From a virus (Duplodnaviria; Caudoviricetes), in the IMG/VR virus record IMGVR_UViG_3300031974_003128, positions 1 to 61,936 of that record: a DNA stretch of 61,936 bases, one strand, 5' to 3'. The position numbers and the translations under genes are program-made. The notes under the pieces are model-generated. The model searched no databases, was not told the DNA's origin, and saw nothing but the letters and a program-made list of their open reading frames with translations. This document shows positions 47,117 to 56,162 of the stretch, in pieces. Numbering within the stretch: position 1 is the first letter of the stretch; each line of letters starts with the position of its first letter.

Positions 47117-48712
47117 ATGGAAACATCTGGGGGGTACTCACCAAAAGATTTGCATTTTGCAGAAGATGCACGCTCAAAACTAATTAGTGGTATATCTAAA
47201 ATGGCTAAGGCTGTTAAGTCAACGCTTGGGCCAATGGGTAACACTGTACTGATAGAATCAAATCAGCATACACACGGAATCACCGTGACAAAAGATGGGG
47301 TGACAGTAGCTAAGTCTATTCAACTCCTAGACCCTGTGGAAAATTTAGCCGTACAGATGATGAGAGAGGCGGCCTCTCGAACAGCCGCCAACGCAGGGGA
47401 CGGTACAACAACTGCTATAGTTCTAACAGAAGCTTTGGTTGAGAAAGGTAGTGAGCTACTAGAAAATGCAGATAACAAACCACAGGTTCTGCGTGATATG
47501 GTCAGCGTAACTAATGAGATCGTGGCTAATCTAAAAAAGAGAAGCAAGGCTGTCTCTAAAAATAAATTACTAGATGTAGCTACTATATCAGCCAATAATG
47601 ACGCAGGGGTGGGTAAAGTAATAGCAGACACTTACAATGCAGTTGGAAAGAATGGGATAGTGACCGTTGAGAAATCACAAGGTAGTGAAACAAACTTTGA
47701 GACCACTAATGGTTTAAAAATAGATAGAGGGTACTCATCACCTCTATTTATAAATAATCAAAAGAAAGATGAGTGTATACTAGAAGATGTGTATGTGCTA
47801 GTATCCGATGCAGAGATAAATAATATACTGACAATCGAGAATGTACTAAAACCAATCATCTCAGATAATAAAAAATTACTAATAGTAGCGCCTTGTTCAC
47901 AAAACGTCATAAACACCCTAGCGGCGAATGTGATGAAGAACAACTTGAAGCTTTGCGCCATAATTCCACCCTCCTTTGGCTATAAGCAACATGAACTGAT
48001 GCAAGACATAGCTCTGTCGGTTGGTGCTACTTATTTTTCAGAAAAGACAGGAGACGACCTTAGCCTAATTACATTTGAGGATCTAGGGCGTGCTCAGAAA
48101 ATTATTGTTGGAAAGGATAGTTCTATTATTCTTAAAGACGATGACCATGTAGACAAATCCGCTATTGATGATAGAGTGAAGCAACTTAAGGATGCTCACT
48201 CTATTGCCACTAGCAAAGTGGATAAAGATTTTATCATGTCTAGAATCGCATCACTAACCGGTGGTGTAGGGGTTATCTATGTTGGGGGTAATACTGACCT
48301 TGAACAAAAAGAACTGTTCGATAGAGTTGATGATGCTGTGTGTGCTGTCCGTAGTGCCCTGGAGGAAGGAATACTTCCGGGGGGAGGACTGGCACTGTAT
48401 CAGGAGGGACTAAAACTATTGAGCTCTAAAAATTCTTCCAAAAAAATCGCTAAAGCGATTTTAGGGGGGGCGCTTAAAGAACCGCTCCTACAGATACAAT
48501 ATAACGCAGGGATTGAGTTTGTAAAAAAATATGACAAAGACAATATAGGTCTTGATGTAAAAAACAACAAAGAGGGTGATCTAATAAATATGGGGATTAT
48601 TGATCCTATGAAAGTAACAAAGCAAGCTCTGCAGAATGCTGTGAGTGTAGCGGTGACTATACTATCTACTAACGCCATAGTAACCATGGCAAGAACTTAC
48701 GAGACGCAATGA
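47117..48712 (+). CDS. groEL: chaperonin GroEL (Cpn60)
   Basis: STLGPMG, VTKDGVTVAK, AGDGTTTA, DRGY.SP.F, EEGILPGGG, GIIDP.KV; no GGM tail. Confidence 0.97.
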   Translation: METSGGYSPKDLHFAEDARSKLISGISKMAKAVKSTLGPMGNTVLIESNQHTHGITVTKDGVTVAKSIQLLDPVENLAVQMMREAASRTAANAGDGTTTAIVLTEALVEKGSELLENADNKPQVLRDMVSVTNEIVANLKKRSKAVSKNKLLDVATISANNDAGVGKVIADTYNAVGKNGIVTVEKSQGSETNFETTNGLKIDRGYSSPLFINNQKKDECILEDVYVLVSDAEINNILTIENVLKPIISDNKKLLIVAPCSQNVINTLAANVMKNNLKLCAIIPPSFGYKQHELMQDIALSVGATYFSEKTGDDLSLITFEDLGRAQKIIVGKDSSIILKDDDHVDKSAIDDRVKQLKDAHSIATSKVDKDFIMSRIASLTGGVGVIYVGGNTDLEQKELFDRVDDAVCAVRSALEEGILPGGGLALYQEGLKLLSSKNSSKKIAKAILGGALKEPLLQIQYNAGIEFVKKYDKDNIGLDVKNNKEGDLINMGIIDPMKVTKQALQNAVSVAVTILSTNAIVTMARTYETQ

Positions 48713-48909
48713 GATTTATAGACTACATTATGTTCTTTGCAATTGTTGCACTTTTTCTAACTATAGCTGGTTGTAGTAAATCAGATGATAGATGTATTAA
48801 TTATTACGTTGATCAGTATAAACTAGGAGAAACTGTCTGTGAGGATGGTATATGTGAAGATATTTATATAACTGAAATATTTTGTTCGTACTATGAAACC
48901 AATAGGTAA
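48709..48909 (+). CDS. small Cys-containing lipoprotein
   Basis: Hydrophobic signal ending IAGC lipobox; four further Cys. Confidence 0.65.
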   Translation: MRFIDYIMFFAIVALFLTIAGCSKSDDRCINYYVDQYKLGETVCEDGICEDIYITEIFCSYYETNR

Positions 48910-49150
48910 GAATATAGTTTTAAAAATGATTGAAGAAGAAATTAAAACTTCTTCAGGACTTCTTCTTAGTTCGGAAGACGCAAACCAACTAAGATACAAA
49001 AAAGGAGTGATAATAAAAAGCGGAACTGATGTGGAGGTAATAGATGAGGGTGATATAGTATATTTTGATAAAAGAGCAGGGTATACTATGATGATTAATG
49101 ACGAGCCGTATACTATTATTCAGGAGAAAGACGTCGTTGTTGTCTTATAG
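48893..49150 (+). CDS. groES: co-chaperonin GroES (Cpn10)
   Basis: MKPIG, KTSSGLLL mobile loop, GDIVYF, IIQEKDVVVVL. Confidence 0.9.
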   Translation: MKPIGKNIVLKMIEEEIKTSSGLLLSSEDANQLRYKKGVIIKSGTDVEVIDEGDIVYFDKRAGYTMMINDEPYTIIQEKDVVVVL

Positions 49151-49562
49151 CCGCATTCATTTCTTTTATCATATTCCTGTATACTTCATCACTAAAGCTT
49201 ACATTTTTTGCAAACATAGGATTGGATGTTTGAGACATTGGGATTTCTTCTCCTGATAATTTTTTATAGAGTGAATCTATCATCCTTTGTGTTTTATAAG
49301 TAACACTGTATAGAGTTTTAATTCTTTTTGTTTTAGGTCTAAAGATTTCAATCCAATCTTGATCTAGCAATCTTTTAAATCTATGTCTATCCCATGATAG
49401 TAAATTATCATAATCTAAAAATTGTTGTTTAGAAAATATATCTTCGCTATATAAAAAAAGAAGCATATCTAGGTCTGCAGTGCTTAGACCATATTTACGT
49501 TTTATAAAGTATCTGATCACACGCCAGTACTTAAGGCAGTCGTGAATACCCTGGGATTGCAT
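49116..49562 (-). CDS. winged-helix-like protein (putative regulator)
   Basis: KYGLSTADLDMLLFLY...RLLDQDWI...LYSVT; lone antisense gene in the late arm; start at ATG 49562. Confidence 0.55.
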   Translation of the reverse strand: MQSQGIHDCLKYWRVIRYFIKRKYGLSTADLDMLLFLYSEDIFSKQQFLDYDNLLSWDRHRFKRLLDQDWIEIFRPKTKRIKTLYSVTYKTQRMIDSLYKKLSGEEIPMSQTSNPMFAKNVSFSDEVYRNMIKEMNAAIRQQRRLSPE

Positions 49563-49593
49563 TTTATTAGATTTATTATCTTTGTACAAATAT

Positions 49594-49848
49594 ATGAAAA
49601 GGATTCTTTTTTTAGCGTTTATGTTAGCTTCTTGTTCATCAACTAAGGTGGTAAGCGAAAAAGATATTACCAGTACAACCGGTTGGTTAGAAAGTTCAAA
49701 AGACAATCCCATAATAAATGTAATACAGAAGGTTTACAAAAATGATGACATTGTAATTGTCATTAAAAAAAAACTAACAACTGATTATGTTAAGCTAACG
49801 TTAAGAAACAAAAAAAGGATCATATCTAAAGAAACTAAAAAAAATTAA
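49594..49848 (+). CDS. lipoprotein
   Basis: MKRILFLAFMLASC lipobox; TATCTTTG at 49577-49584. Confidence 0.7.
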   Translation: MKRILFLAFMLASCSSTKVVSEKDITSTTGWLESSKDNPIINVIQKVYKNDDIVIVIKKKLTTDYVKLTLRNKKRIISKETKKN

Positions 49849-49849
49849 A

Positions 49850-50047
49850 ATGTCTAGACATAACCCTATACAGAAAATAAAAGATTCTACTAATATGCGT
49901 AATAAAGCTATTGATAAGTTTCTTAAAAATAGAAAACCAGCTGAGATAAAAGACGTGGAAGTTTATAATCCAAAAACTGGTCAATCAAAAATGATTAGTT
50001 TACCAGGAGATTCAATTCCAAAAAAGAAAAAAAAATACAGTAGATAA
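49850..50047 (+). CDS. small basic protein
   Basis: 65-aa Lys-rich ORF. Confidence 0.6.
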   Translation: MSRHNPIQKIKDSTNMRNKAIDKFLKNRKPAEIKDVEVYNPKTGQSKMISLPGDSIPKKKKKYSR

Positions 50048-50146
50048 TGTATAAGAGTTCTCTAGATAAGAATAAATATAATTATACGTGTCCAAAGGGT
50101 AACACGAAAGACTACCCTAATATGTTAATTTATAAAAAACAAGGTT

Positions 50147-50290
50147 ATGCCAACAGTAAAGTATAAAGGCGGAGAAAAAAAATTTCCATATAACGCCTGT
50201 GGAAAAGCACAAGCAGCTTCGTTTGCAAAAATGATGAAAGGTACAATGAAAAATAACCCCGGCTACGGCATGGAAAAAAAGTCTTACTAA
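50147..50290 (+). CDS. small basic protein (47 aa, not in track)
   Basis: MPTVKYKGGEKKFPYNACGKAQA... Confidence 0.6.
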   Translation: MPTVKYKGGEKKFPYNACGKAQAASFAKMMKGTMKNNPGYGMEKKSY

Positions 50291-50291
50291 G

Positions 50292-50585
50292 ATGGATGAG
50301 CTAGATATTGAAAAAATAAAAAAACAAAAATTCAACATATCAATTGAAAACTTAATTACAATAGGGTTTGTAGTTGTTACAGTAACCGGTATGTGGTATT
50401 CACTGAAAGAAGACATAGAGCTTGCAAAACAATTACCAGAGCCAGAAGTATCTAGAACTGAGTATGACCTAAAAGACCAACTTATTAGAGAAACTATAAT
50501 CACAACGCAGAAGCAAGTAGAAGAGAATGGAGATAAGTTGAAAGATATAGATGAAAAATTATTTGAAATTATAACAAAAGACTAA
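50292..50585 (+). CDS. single-TM coiled-coil membrane protein
   Basis: LITIGFVVVTVTGMWY TM followed by coiled coil. Confidence 0.7.
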   Translation: MDELDIEKIKKQKFNISIENLITIGFVVVTVTGMWYSLKEDIELAKQLPEPEVSRTEYDLKDQLIRETIITTQKQVEENGDKLKDIDEKLFEIITKD

Positions 50586-50896
50586 TGAGAGTATTAATAT
50601 TAGTATTATTTTTTAGCGTGTTTAGTTACGGTCAAGATATAACTACTATACATTTTAATTATAAATGGAATAGTAATAGCGAATACAAAGGTCTTAATAA
50701 ATTAAAACACACAAAAGTTCAATATGCTTATGTAGAAGACCAACATGAATCAATTAAAAATTCAATAAAGTCTGTTCCTACTATTGTAATTTATAAAGGA
50801 CAAAAACCTGTTGCAAGATTTGAAGCAGGTTTGGTTTTAAAAATTACGGTTAAATTAGACAGTATACAAAGTGTTATTGATAAACATTTAGACTAA
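50585..50896 (+). CDS. exported thioredoxin-fold protein lacking CxxC
   Basis: Signal peptide; IKSVPTIVIYKGQKPVARF cis-Pro loop; no Cys. Confidence 0.6.
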   Translation: MRVLILVLFFSVFSYGQDITTIHFNYKWNSNSEYKGLNKLKHTKVQYAYVEDQHESIKNSIKSVPTIVIYKGQKPVARFEAGLVLKITVKLDSIQSVIDKHLD

Positions 50897-51051
50897 TGGC
50901 AAGAAAAAGAACAGGTCGTAAAAATAAAATATGCGCAGCTGGTATAGCTTGGGCAAAAAGAACGTTTGATACGTATCCTTCTGCTTATGCTAATATGGCT
51001 GCTAGTAAATATTGTAAAGACCCTAACTACGCAAAAAAAAGTAAGAAATGA
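50896..51051 (+). CDS. small basic protein (51 aa, not in track)
   Basis: MARKRTGRKNKIC...YPSAYANMAASKYC. Confidence 0.65.
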   Translation: MARKRTGRKNKICAAGIAWAKRTFDTYPSAYANMAASKYCKDPNYAKKSKK

Positions 51052-51194
51052 GTAAACATAGTAAAATGAGCAAAAAGGGTCGTAATGGAAAAAGACCTAG
51101 CCTAGGAATGCAAAGTGTTATATATGGTATTGATAATAATCCAAATATAACTGCTGCTGACCCTAAAGCTAAATTCATTGCAAAAAATAAATAG
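51048..51194 (+). CDS. small basic protein (48 aa, not in track)
   Basis: MSKHSKMSKKGRNGKRPSLG...; ATGA overlap. Confidence 0.55.
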   Translation: MSKHSKMSKKGRNGKRPSLGMQSVIYGIDNNPNITAADPKAKFIAKNK

Positions 51195-51196
51195 TA

Positions 51197-51439
51197 ATGG
51201 GTGAGTTAAAAAAGTGGAGAGACCAGAAATGGGTACGCATAGGAACTGATGGTAAAATCAAAGGTGAATGCGGAACTAGTAAGGATAAGAAAAATCCAGA
51301 TAGATGTCTGCCACTTGCTAAAGCTAGAAGGCTTTCTAAAAGACAACTAGCAGCAACAGCTCGTAAAAAGAAAAAGGAAGGAAGAAAAGGAAAAACAGTA
51401 GTGTCTAACACTGCAGCAGCAAAAGTTAGAAATGCCTAA
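51197..51439 (+). CDS. small basic protein
   Basis: LKKWRDQKWV..CG..CLP..KA pattern; Lys/Arg-rich. Confidence 0.7.
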   Translation: MGELKKWRDQKWVRIGTDGKIKGECGTSKDKKNPDRCLPLAKARRLSKRQLAATARKKKKEGRKGKTVVSNTAAAKVRNA

Positions 51440-51527
51440 TAAATATGTATTTTGGATAGGTATACCGCTTTGGCTTATTGTAATTATGTTAGTTGTACTG
51501 TGTTTAACAATAGAAAATTTATTTTAA

Positions 51528-52115
51528 ATGGCAATACCAGCAGGAACTAAATTTCACGGAGTAGCACCAGGAGTTGACACAATCAACAAAGGTTCTGCTA
51601 CAGCAAACGCAAACAGAGACGCATATACTCTGGAACAAATCCAAGAAGCTACATCTCCAGGCTGGGCTAGATATATAGACACCCAATACACAGAAGCCTC
51701 TCCTTTAAATTTAACTGACCAAGTTAAAGTGACCCTGCCTAATAATGCAGGCACAATCACTAAAAGTAGAATAACTTCAGATTTTTATGATTTAGCAACA
51801 CAAAAAATCATAGGTCTACAAATTAATGAAGTTCAAATTATAAGTATTGAATTTAAAGCTCAAGCGCCCAATGCGAATCAAACTCATTTAGATTTGTCTA
51901 TTGAAGACGGCGGCGCTAATATTCAAAATTTAGAAAAAGCTATAGGCTTTATAAAGGGTAATGCAACAACTGAAGTGTTTCATAATATGTTTCAGTATTA
52001 TATTGACCAACAATTTATAGACAATGGAGCTACAATTAAAATTCAAGCTCACGGCGGAACTGCTACAATATGGGATATAGAATATTTTATACAAAGAACT
52101 CAATATGGCGAATAA
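51528..52115 (+). CDS. hypothetical beta-rich, possibly structural protein
   Basis: 195-aa ORF. Confidence 0.7.
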   Translation: MAIPAGTKFHGVAPGVDTINKGSATANANRDAYTLEQIQEATSPGWARYIDTQYTEASPLNLTDQVKVTLPNNAGTITKSRITSDFYDLATQKIIGLQINEVQIISIEFKAQAPNANQTHLDLSIEDGGANIQNLEKAIGFIKGNATTEVFHNMFQYYIDQQFIDNGATIKIQAHGGTATIWDIEYFIQRTQYGE

Positions 52116-52395
52116 AAGTAAAATGGCTTGTAACAAGCCTATGAAATCAGATAGAGCAGGTAAAAAGAAAATGGTAAAAGCCTGCGCAGGAGGTAAGGAA
52201 AAATTAATACACTTTGGAGCAACAGGTTATGGTCATAACTATTCTGCTGCTGCACGTAAAAGTTTTAAGGCAAGACACAAGTGTAGTACTGCTACATCTA
52301 AGCTAACTGCTAGATACTGGGCGTGTAAAAATTTATGGGCAGGCAAGGGTGGTTCAACTAAGTCTTCTCCAAAAAATAGACAAGGAAAATATTAG
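52105..52395 (+). CDS. small basic protein
   Basis: LIHFGA.GY...RKSFKARHKC...TARYWAC..LW. Confidence 0.75.
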   Translation: MANKSKMACNKPMKSDRAGKKKMVKACAGGKEKLIHFGATGYGHNYSAAARKSFKARHKCSTATSKLTARYWACKNLWAGKGGSTKSSPKNRQGKY

Positions 52396-52423
52396 TATCT
52401 TTGTATCAATTAAAAATATTAAA

Positions 52424-52639
52424 ATGAAAAAACAAGGTTATAACGACAGATTAGACGACTCACTAGGAGCAAAACATGGTAAGAAATCTCAGTCTATGAA
52501 AGACAGAAGAGATGAAAGCGAAGCAATGGCTAAGAAAATATATAAGCACAAATACGGTGGTGACCACTCAATGGCTTATGTAACTCATGGTGAGAAAGGA
52601 AGCGTTAAGCAACACCTTGGGAAACTCATAAAAAAATAA
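52424..52639 (+). CDS. small basic protein
   Basis: TATCTTTG at 52396-52403 favours ATG 52424. Confidence 0.65.
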   Translation: MKKQGYNDRLDDSLGAKHGKKSQSMKDRRDESEAMAKKIYKHKYGGDHSMAYVTHGEKGSVKQHLGKLIKK

Positions 52640-52645
52640 AACACT

Positions 52646-52813
52646 ATGAAAAAATTAGGAGCATGGCTCATTAAAACTTCTCACGACATCGCAAGATGGT
52701 GGGGTAAACTAACAAAAAATATAAAGTGCGCTTGGAATAAAATGTTGTACAAAATGACATTCAACATTAAGGAATGCGCACATACCGAGTCTATATGTAT
52801 TTGCAAGAAATGA
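52646..52813 (+). CDS. small Trp/Cys-containing protein (55 aa, not in track)
   Basis: MKKLGAWLIK...CICKK; ATGA overlap with next gene. Confidence 0.5.
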   Translation: MKKLGAWLIKTSHDIARWWGKLTKNIKCAWNKMLYKMTFNIKECAHTESICICKK

Positions 52814-52971
52814 AATCAAGAGGACTCGGAGATGATATAGAAAAATTTACTAAGTTCACTGGAATAAAAAGAGCAGTGGACGTAGTAGCACAAAAATTTA
52901 ATAAAGACTGTGGATGCAGCGGTAGAAGAGATTCTTTAAATCGTATGTTTCCATATAATAGAGATAATTAA
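52810..52971 (+). CDS. small protein (GLGD...CGC family)
   Basis: MKSRGLGDDIEKFTKFTGIK...DCGC..RRDSLN. Confidence 0.7.
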   Translation: MKSRGLGDDIEKFTKFTGIKRAVDVVAQKFNKDCGCSGRRDSLNRMFPYNRDN

Positions 52972-52973
52972 TT

Positions 52974-53444
52974 ATGGCATATCAAAAATTACAAGCAGGA
53001 AGAGCGTGGAAAGTTTATCCAAGTGATAACACGGATATTCCTGATATAGGAACAGGTGGCCCAACAGGCACAACGACGTCTGGTGGTACGAGTCAACTAA
53101 TCGACAATACAAAAGATTTTGTCACCGCTGGTGTTAAAAAAGGTATGATTGTAGTAAACACGACTGATGGAACTCAGACAACTGTTACTAGCATTGAGAA
53201 TGCCACAACACTAAACGTAAAAGATAATATATTTTCAGTAACATCAAAAGCATATCAGATATATGGCGGAAACCAAGAAGGTGCGGTATTATATATTGGA
53301 ACTGCTGGAGATTTAAAAGTAGAGACTGTTGCTGGAGATGAGGTAACATTTGTAGGAATTAACACAGGAGCTTTTTTCCCGGTGCATGTTAAAAAGGTGT
53401 TTGCAACAGGAACAAGTGCTTCTAATATTATAGCTCTTTGGTAG
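52974..53444 (+). CDS. putative spike/fibre base structural protein
   Basis: LYIGTAGDLKV...FFPVHVKKVFATGT.A.NIIALW; precedes fibre genes. Confidence 0.6.
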   Translation: MAYQKLQAGRAWKVYPSDNTDIPDIGTGGPTGTTTSGGTSQLIDNTKDFVTAGVKKGMIVVNTTDGTQTTVTSIENATTLNVKDNIFSVTSKAYQIYGGNQEGAVLYIGTAGDLKVETVAGDEVTFVGINTGAFFPVHVKKVFATGTSASNIIALW

Positions 53445-53445
53445 T

Positions 53446-53598
53446 ATGTCTTTATTAATCGCCATAGGTAATTTTATTGGAACAAATCAAGGTTCAGTAA
53501 ACCCACCTTATGGAGGAGAAGATATAGTAACAGAGCTTGGAATACAAATGGTATCAGAATTAACAAGTCAAGATATTATAACAGAACAAGCACCTTAA
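53446..53598 (+). CDS. 50-aa putative fibre-adaptor peptide (not in track)
   Basis: Contains DIVTELGIQMVSELTSQDIITE, matching a motif in the tail protein. Confidence 0.6.
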   Translation: MSLLIAIGNFIGTNQGSVNPPYGGEDIVTELGIQMVSELTSQDIITEQAP

Positions 53599-53609
53599 AA
53601 ATTTAAATA

Positions 53610-54275
53610 ATGGCAGTAAAATTTTCACAATTTACAACAGGAGCGACACTAGCGGACATAGATTATTTCGTTGGTTATCAAGGTACAGATAACGTACAGA
53701 TACCGAAAGCTCTTCTGACTGGAACAACATATACGGTAGATGTTCCAGCAGCAACTACAAATATAAACCTAGCAGGTAGTGATGGTAGCAATGATGCTAT
53801 TACGCTAACAGCCGGAACAGATATTGCTCTAACAAGAGTGAGTGATAGCGAGATTTCAATTGCATCAACTGCAACTGGAGATACATATACGCTTCAAGCT
53901 GGAACTAAAGTTGGTTCTAGTGTTCCATTACAATTAGATGCTGCCGTAGGAACTGATTCTACTGTTAATCTTACTGAAGGTGCAGGAATAACTATAACAC
54001 AAAACTCAGCAACAGAAATAACAGTAGCTGCCACTGCCACAGGAACTACAGTTGTTAAAGACCAATTTACAGGAGATAATTCAACAACTGGATTCACATT
54101 ATCAACTACTCCGAGTAGTGCAGACAATATTAACATTTATATAAGCGGTGTATATCAGAACTCACTTGATTCAGCTGGTGTAGCTAATTACAGCGTAGCA
54201 GGTACAACATTAACGTTTGTAACTGCGCCACCGGTAACCGCAACAAATGGTATAGAAGTAGTAATAACACAATAA
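53610..54275 (+). CDS. tail/head fibre protein
   Basis: MAVKFSQF start, Thr/Ala/Gly-rich beta repeats, C-terminal FTGD..TT.FTL..TP...YISGVYQ module. Confidence 0.7.
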   Translation: MAVKFSQFTTGATLADIDYFVGYQGTDNVQIPKALLTGTTYTVDVPAATTNINLAGSDGSNDAITLTAGTDIALTRVSDSEISIASTATGDTYTLQAGTKVGSSVPLQLDAAVGTDSTVNLTEGAGITITQNSATEITVAATATGTTVVKDQFTGDNSTTGFTLSTTPSSADNINIYISGVYQNSLDSAGVANYSVAGTTLTFVTAPPVTATNGIEVVITQ

Positions 54276-54285
54276 CGCTTAGCTC

Positions 54286-55332
54286 ATGGCAACAAACAAA
54301 GTAACTACAAACGTAATTGACATGAGTGGTAACACTGGAGGACTAGTGTGGGCGCAGGGCACAAAAGCCCAAAGACCCGCAGGAGTTGCTGGTGATTTAC
54401 GTTTGAATACTACAGATTCCAGATTAGAGCTTTACAACGGAACAGATTGGAAAAGATTATCCGAAACAGCATCACCTACACCTGATTTTCAAGCAGACTT
54501 TTTGGTACTTGCCGGAGGTGGAGCTGGAGGTACTGCTAATGGTGCTGGGGGTGGTGGAGCTGGAGGGCTTCGTACTTCTTACGGTTCTACTTCTGGAGGT
54601 GGTTCTTCTGCTGAGTCTATATTAAATATGAATTTAGCAACAAACTATACAGTAACTGTTGGAGCAGGAGGAACAGCTGTTTATGGTGCAGGTGCAGGTG
54701 CATCTGGAAATAATGGGGGAGATTCAGTGTTTAGCACAATAACATCTTTAGGAGGAGGTGGTGGAGCTCACGAGACTAGTACTTCAAAAAGTGGAGGTTG
54801 TGGTGGAGGAGCAGGAACTCTAAATGTAAATTCACCTGTAGCGGGTGGAGCAGGTACTGCAAATCAAGGATTTGACGGAGGTTCAGGAGACTTTACTGGA
54901 AGCGTTAGACATGGTGGTGGAGGTGGAGGTACTGCAGCAGTTGGAGAAGACGGTAGAACAAGCAACTCAAATGGAGGTGCGGGATTAGCTGTATCTATAA
55001 CTGGTTCATCTGTCACTTATGGAGGTGGTGGAGGAGGAAATGGAAATACCAATGGAAGTGGAGCTCCTGGTGCAGGAGGAGGTGGAAATGGATACCAATA
55101 TCCTTCAACTAATTCAGGAGGCACAGCTGGAACTAATAACCTCGGTGGAGGTGGTGGTGGAGGAGCTTATCAGCAAACTGGTAAAAATGGTGGTTCTGGA
55201 GTTGTAATAGTTAGATATCCTAACACCTATACTATATCAGTAGGAGCAGGTTTAACAAGTTCAACTACTACAGATGGTAGTGATAAAGTAACAACATTCA
55301 CTGCAGGCAGTGATACAGTAAGTTTTAGTTAA
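54286..55332 (+). CDS. glycine-rich fibre/receptor-binding protein 1
   Basis: GT.AQRP..G.LR.NT..LE.YNGTDW N-module and poly-Gly C-domain. Confidence 0.8.
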   Translation: MATNKVTTNVIDMSGNTGGLVWAQGTKAQRPAGVAGDLRLNTTDSRLELYNGTDWKRLSETASPTPDFQADFLVLAGGGAGGTANGAGGGGAGGLRTSYGSTSGGGSSAESILNMNLATNYTVTVGAGGTAVYGAGAGASGNNGGDSVFSTITSLGGGGGAHETSTSKSGGCGGGAGTLNVNSPVAGGAGTANQGFDGGSGDFTGSVRHGGGGGGTAAVGEDGRTSNSNGGAGLAVSITGSSVTYGGGGGGNGNTNGSGAPGAGGGGNGYQYPSTNSGGTAGTNNLGGGGGGGAYQQTGKNGGSGVVIVRYPNTYTISVGAGLTSSTTTDGSDKVTTFTAGSDTVSFS

Positions 55333-55333
55333 T

Positions 55334-56161
55334 ATGGCACATTACGCATTTTTAAATAACGACTCTACAACACAAACTCTAAGAGAGGAGCTTTCTCTTT
55401 TAATGATTGATATGGGTAATCTTACTTCTATTGAAGAGCCAGATACAGCTGCCATTGAAGCTAAGCAAGTAGAGATAGACGCAAAGCAGCAAGAAATAGA
55501 TAATGCACTTTGTGTAGTAACAGGAGTTATAACAGGAGTGCCTGAGACTTATATGGAGGCTGCAAGCGATGAAACGATAGAGCAGGAAATAAAAGATTTA
55601 GAAGCTAGTAGGGTTGACCCTGAAACACACGAAGCTTTACCAATAGAAGAGGTTGCAGTAATAGATGCGCAGATTCAAGCTAAGGTTGAAGAGCTTAACG
55701 CTTTACCACCAGTAGAAGTAGATAATACAGAATACTGGGAAGGGTATTATGGAAAAAGCGGACTATGTAAAAGAACTTCTTATAACACATTAGGTGGTGT
55801 TCACCAAAACGGAGGCACACCTTTTAGAAAAAATTATGCAGGCATTGGTATGATATACGACCCTGTAAGAGATGCGTTTTATGCACCGCAGCCATTTGCA
55901 AGTTGGACTTTAAATGAAGATACTTGTTTATGGGAATGCCCTGTAGAAAAACCTGAGGGTGAATACTGGTGGAAAGATGATACTGGGGAGTGGGTAGATT
56001 ATAAATACTACTCTCAGCCTTTATATGAAACATCACCATCACCAAGTGCAAACTGGAATACAAATATAGGTCAATGGGAGTACCCTAAGCCAGTTCCAGA
56101 TATTGAAAATTCGTATCTTTGGAGATGGGATGAAGAAACACAAGATTGGATAGTTATTTAA
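55334..56161 (+). CDS. fibre-associated protein (MAHYA family) with coiled-coil insertions
   Basis: RTSYN...FRKNYAGIG..YD...DAF.APQPFASW.L; paralog of 60334..60699. Confidence 0.7.
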   Translation: MAHYAFLNNDSTTQTLREELSLLMIDMGNLTSIEEPDTAAIEAKQVEIDAKQQEIDNALCVVTGVITGVPETYMEAASDETIEQEIKDLEASRVDPETHEALPIEEVAVIDAQIQAKVEELNALPPVEVDNTEYWEGYYGKSGLCKRTSYNTLGGVHQNGGTPFRKNYAGIGMIYDPVRDAFYAPQPFASWTLNEDTCLWECPVEKPEGEYWWKDDTGEWVDYKYYSQPLYETSPSPSANWNTNIGQWEYPKPVPDIENSYLWRWDEETQDWIVI

Positions 56162-56162
56162 T

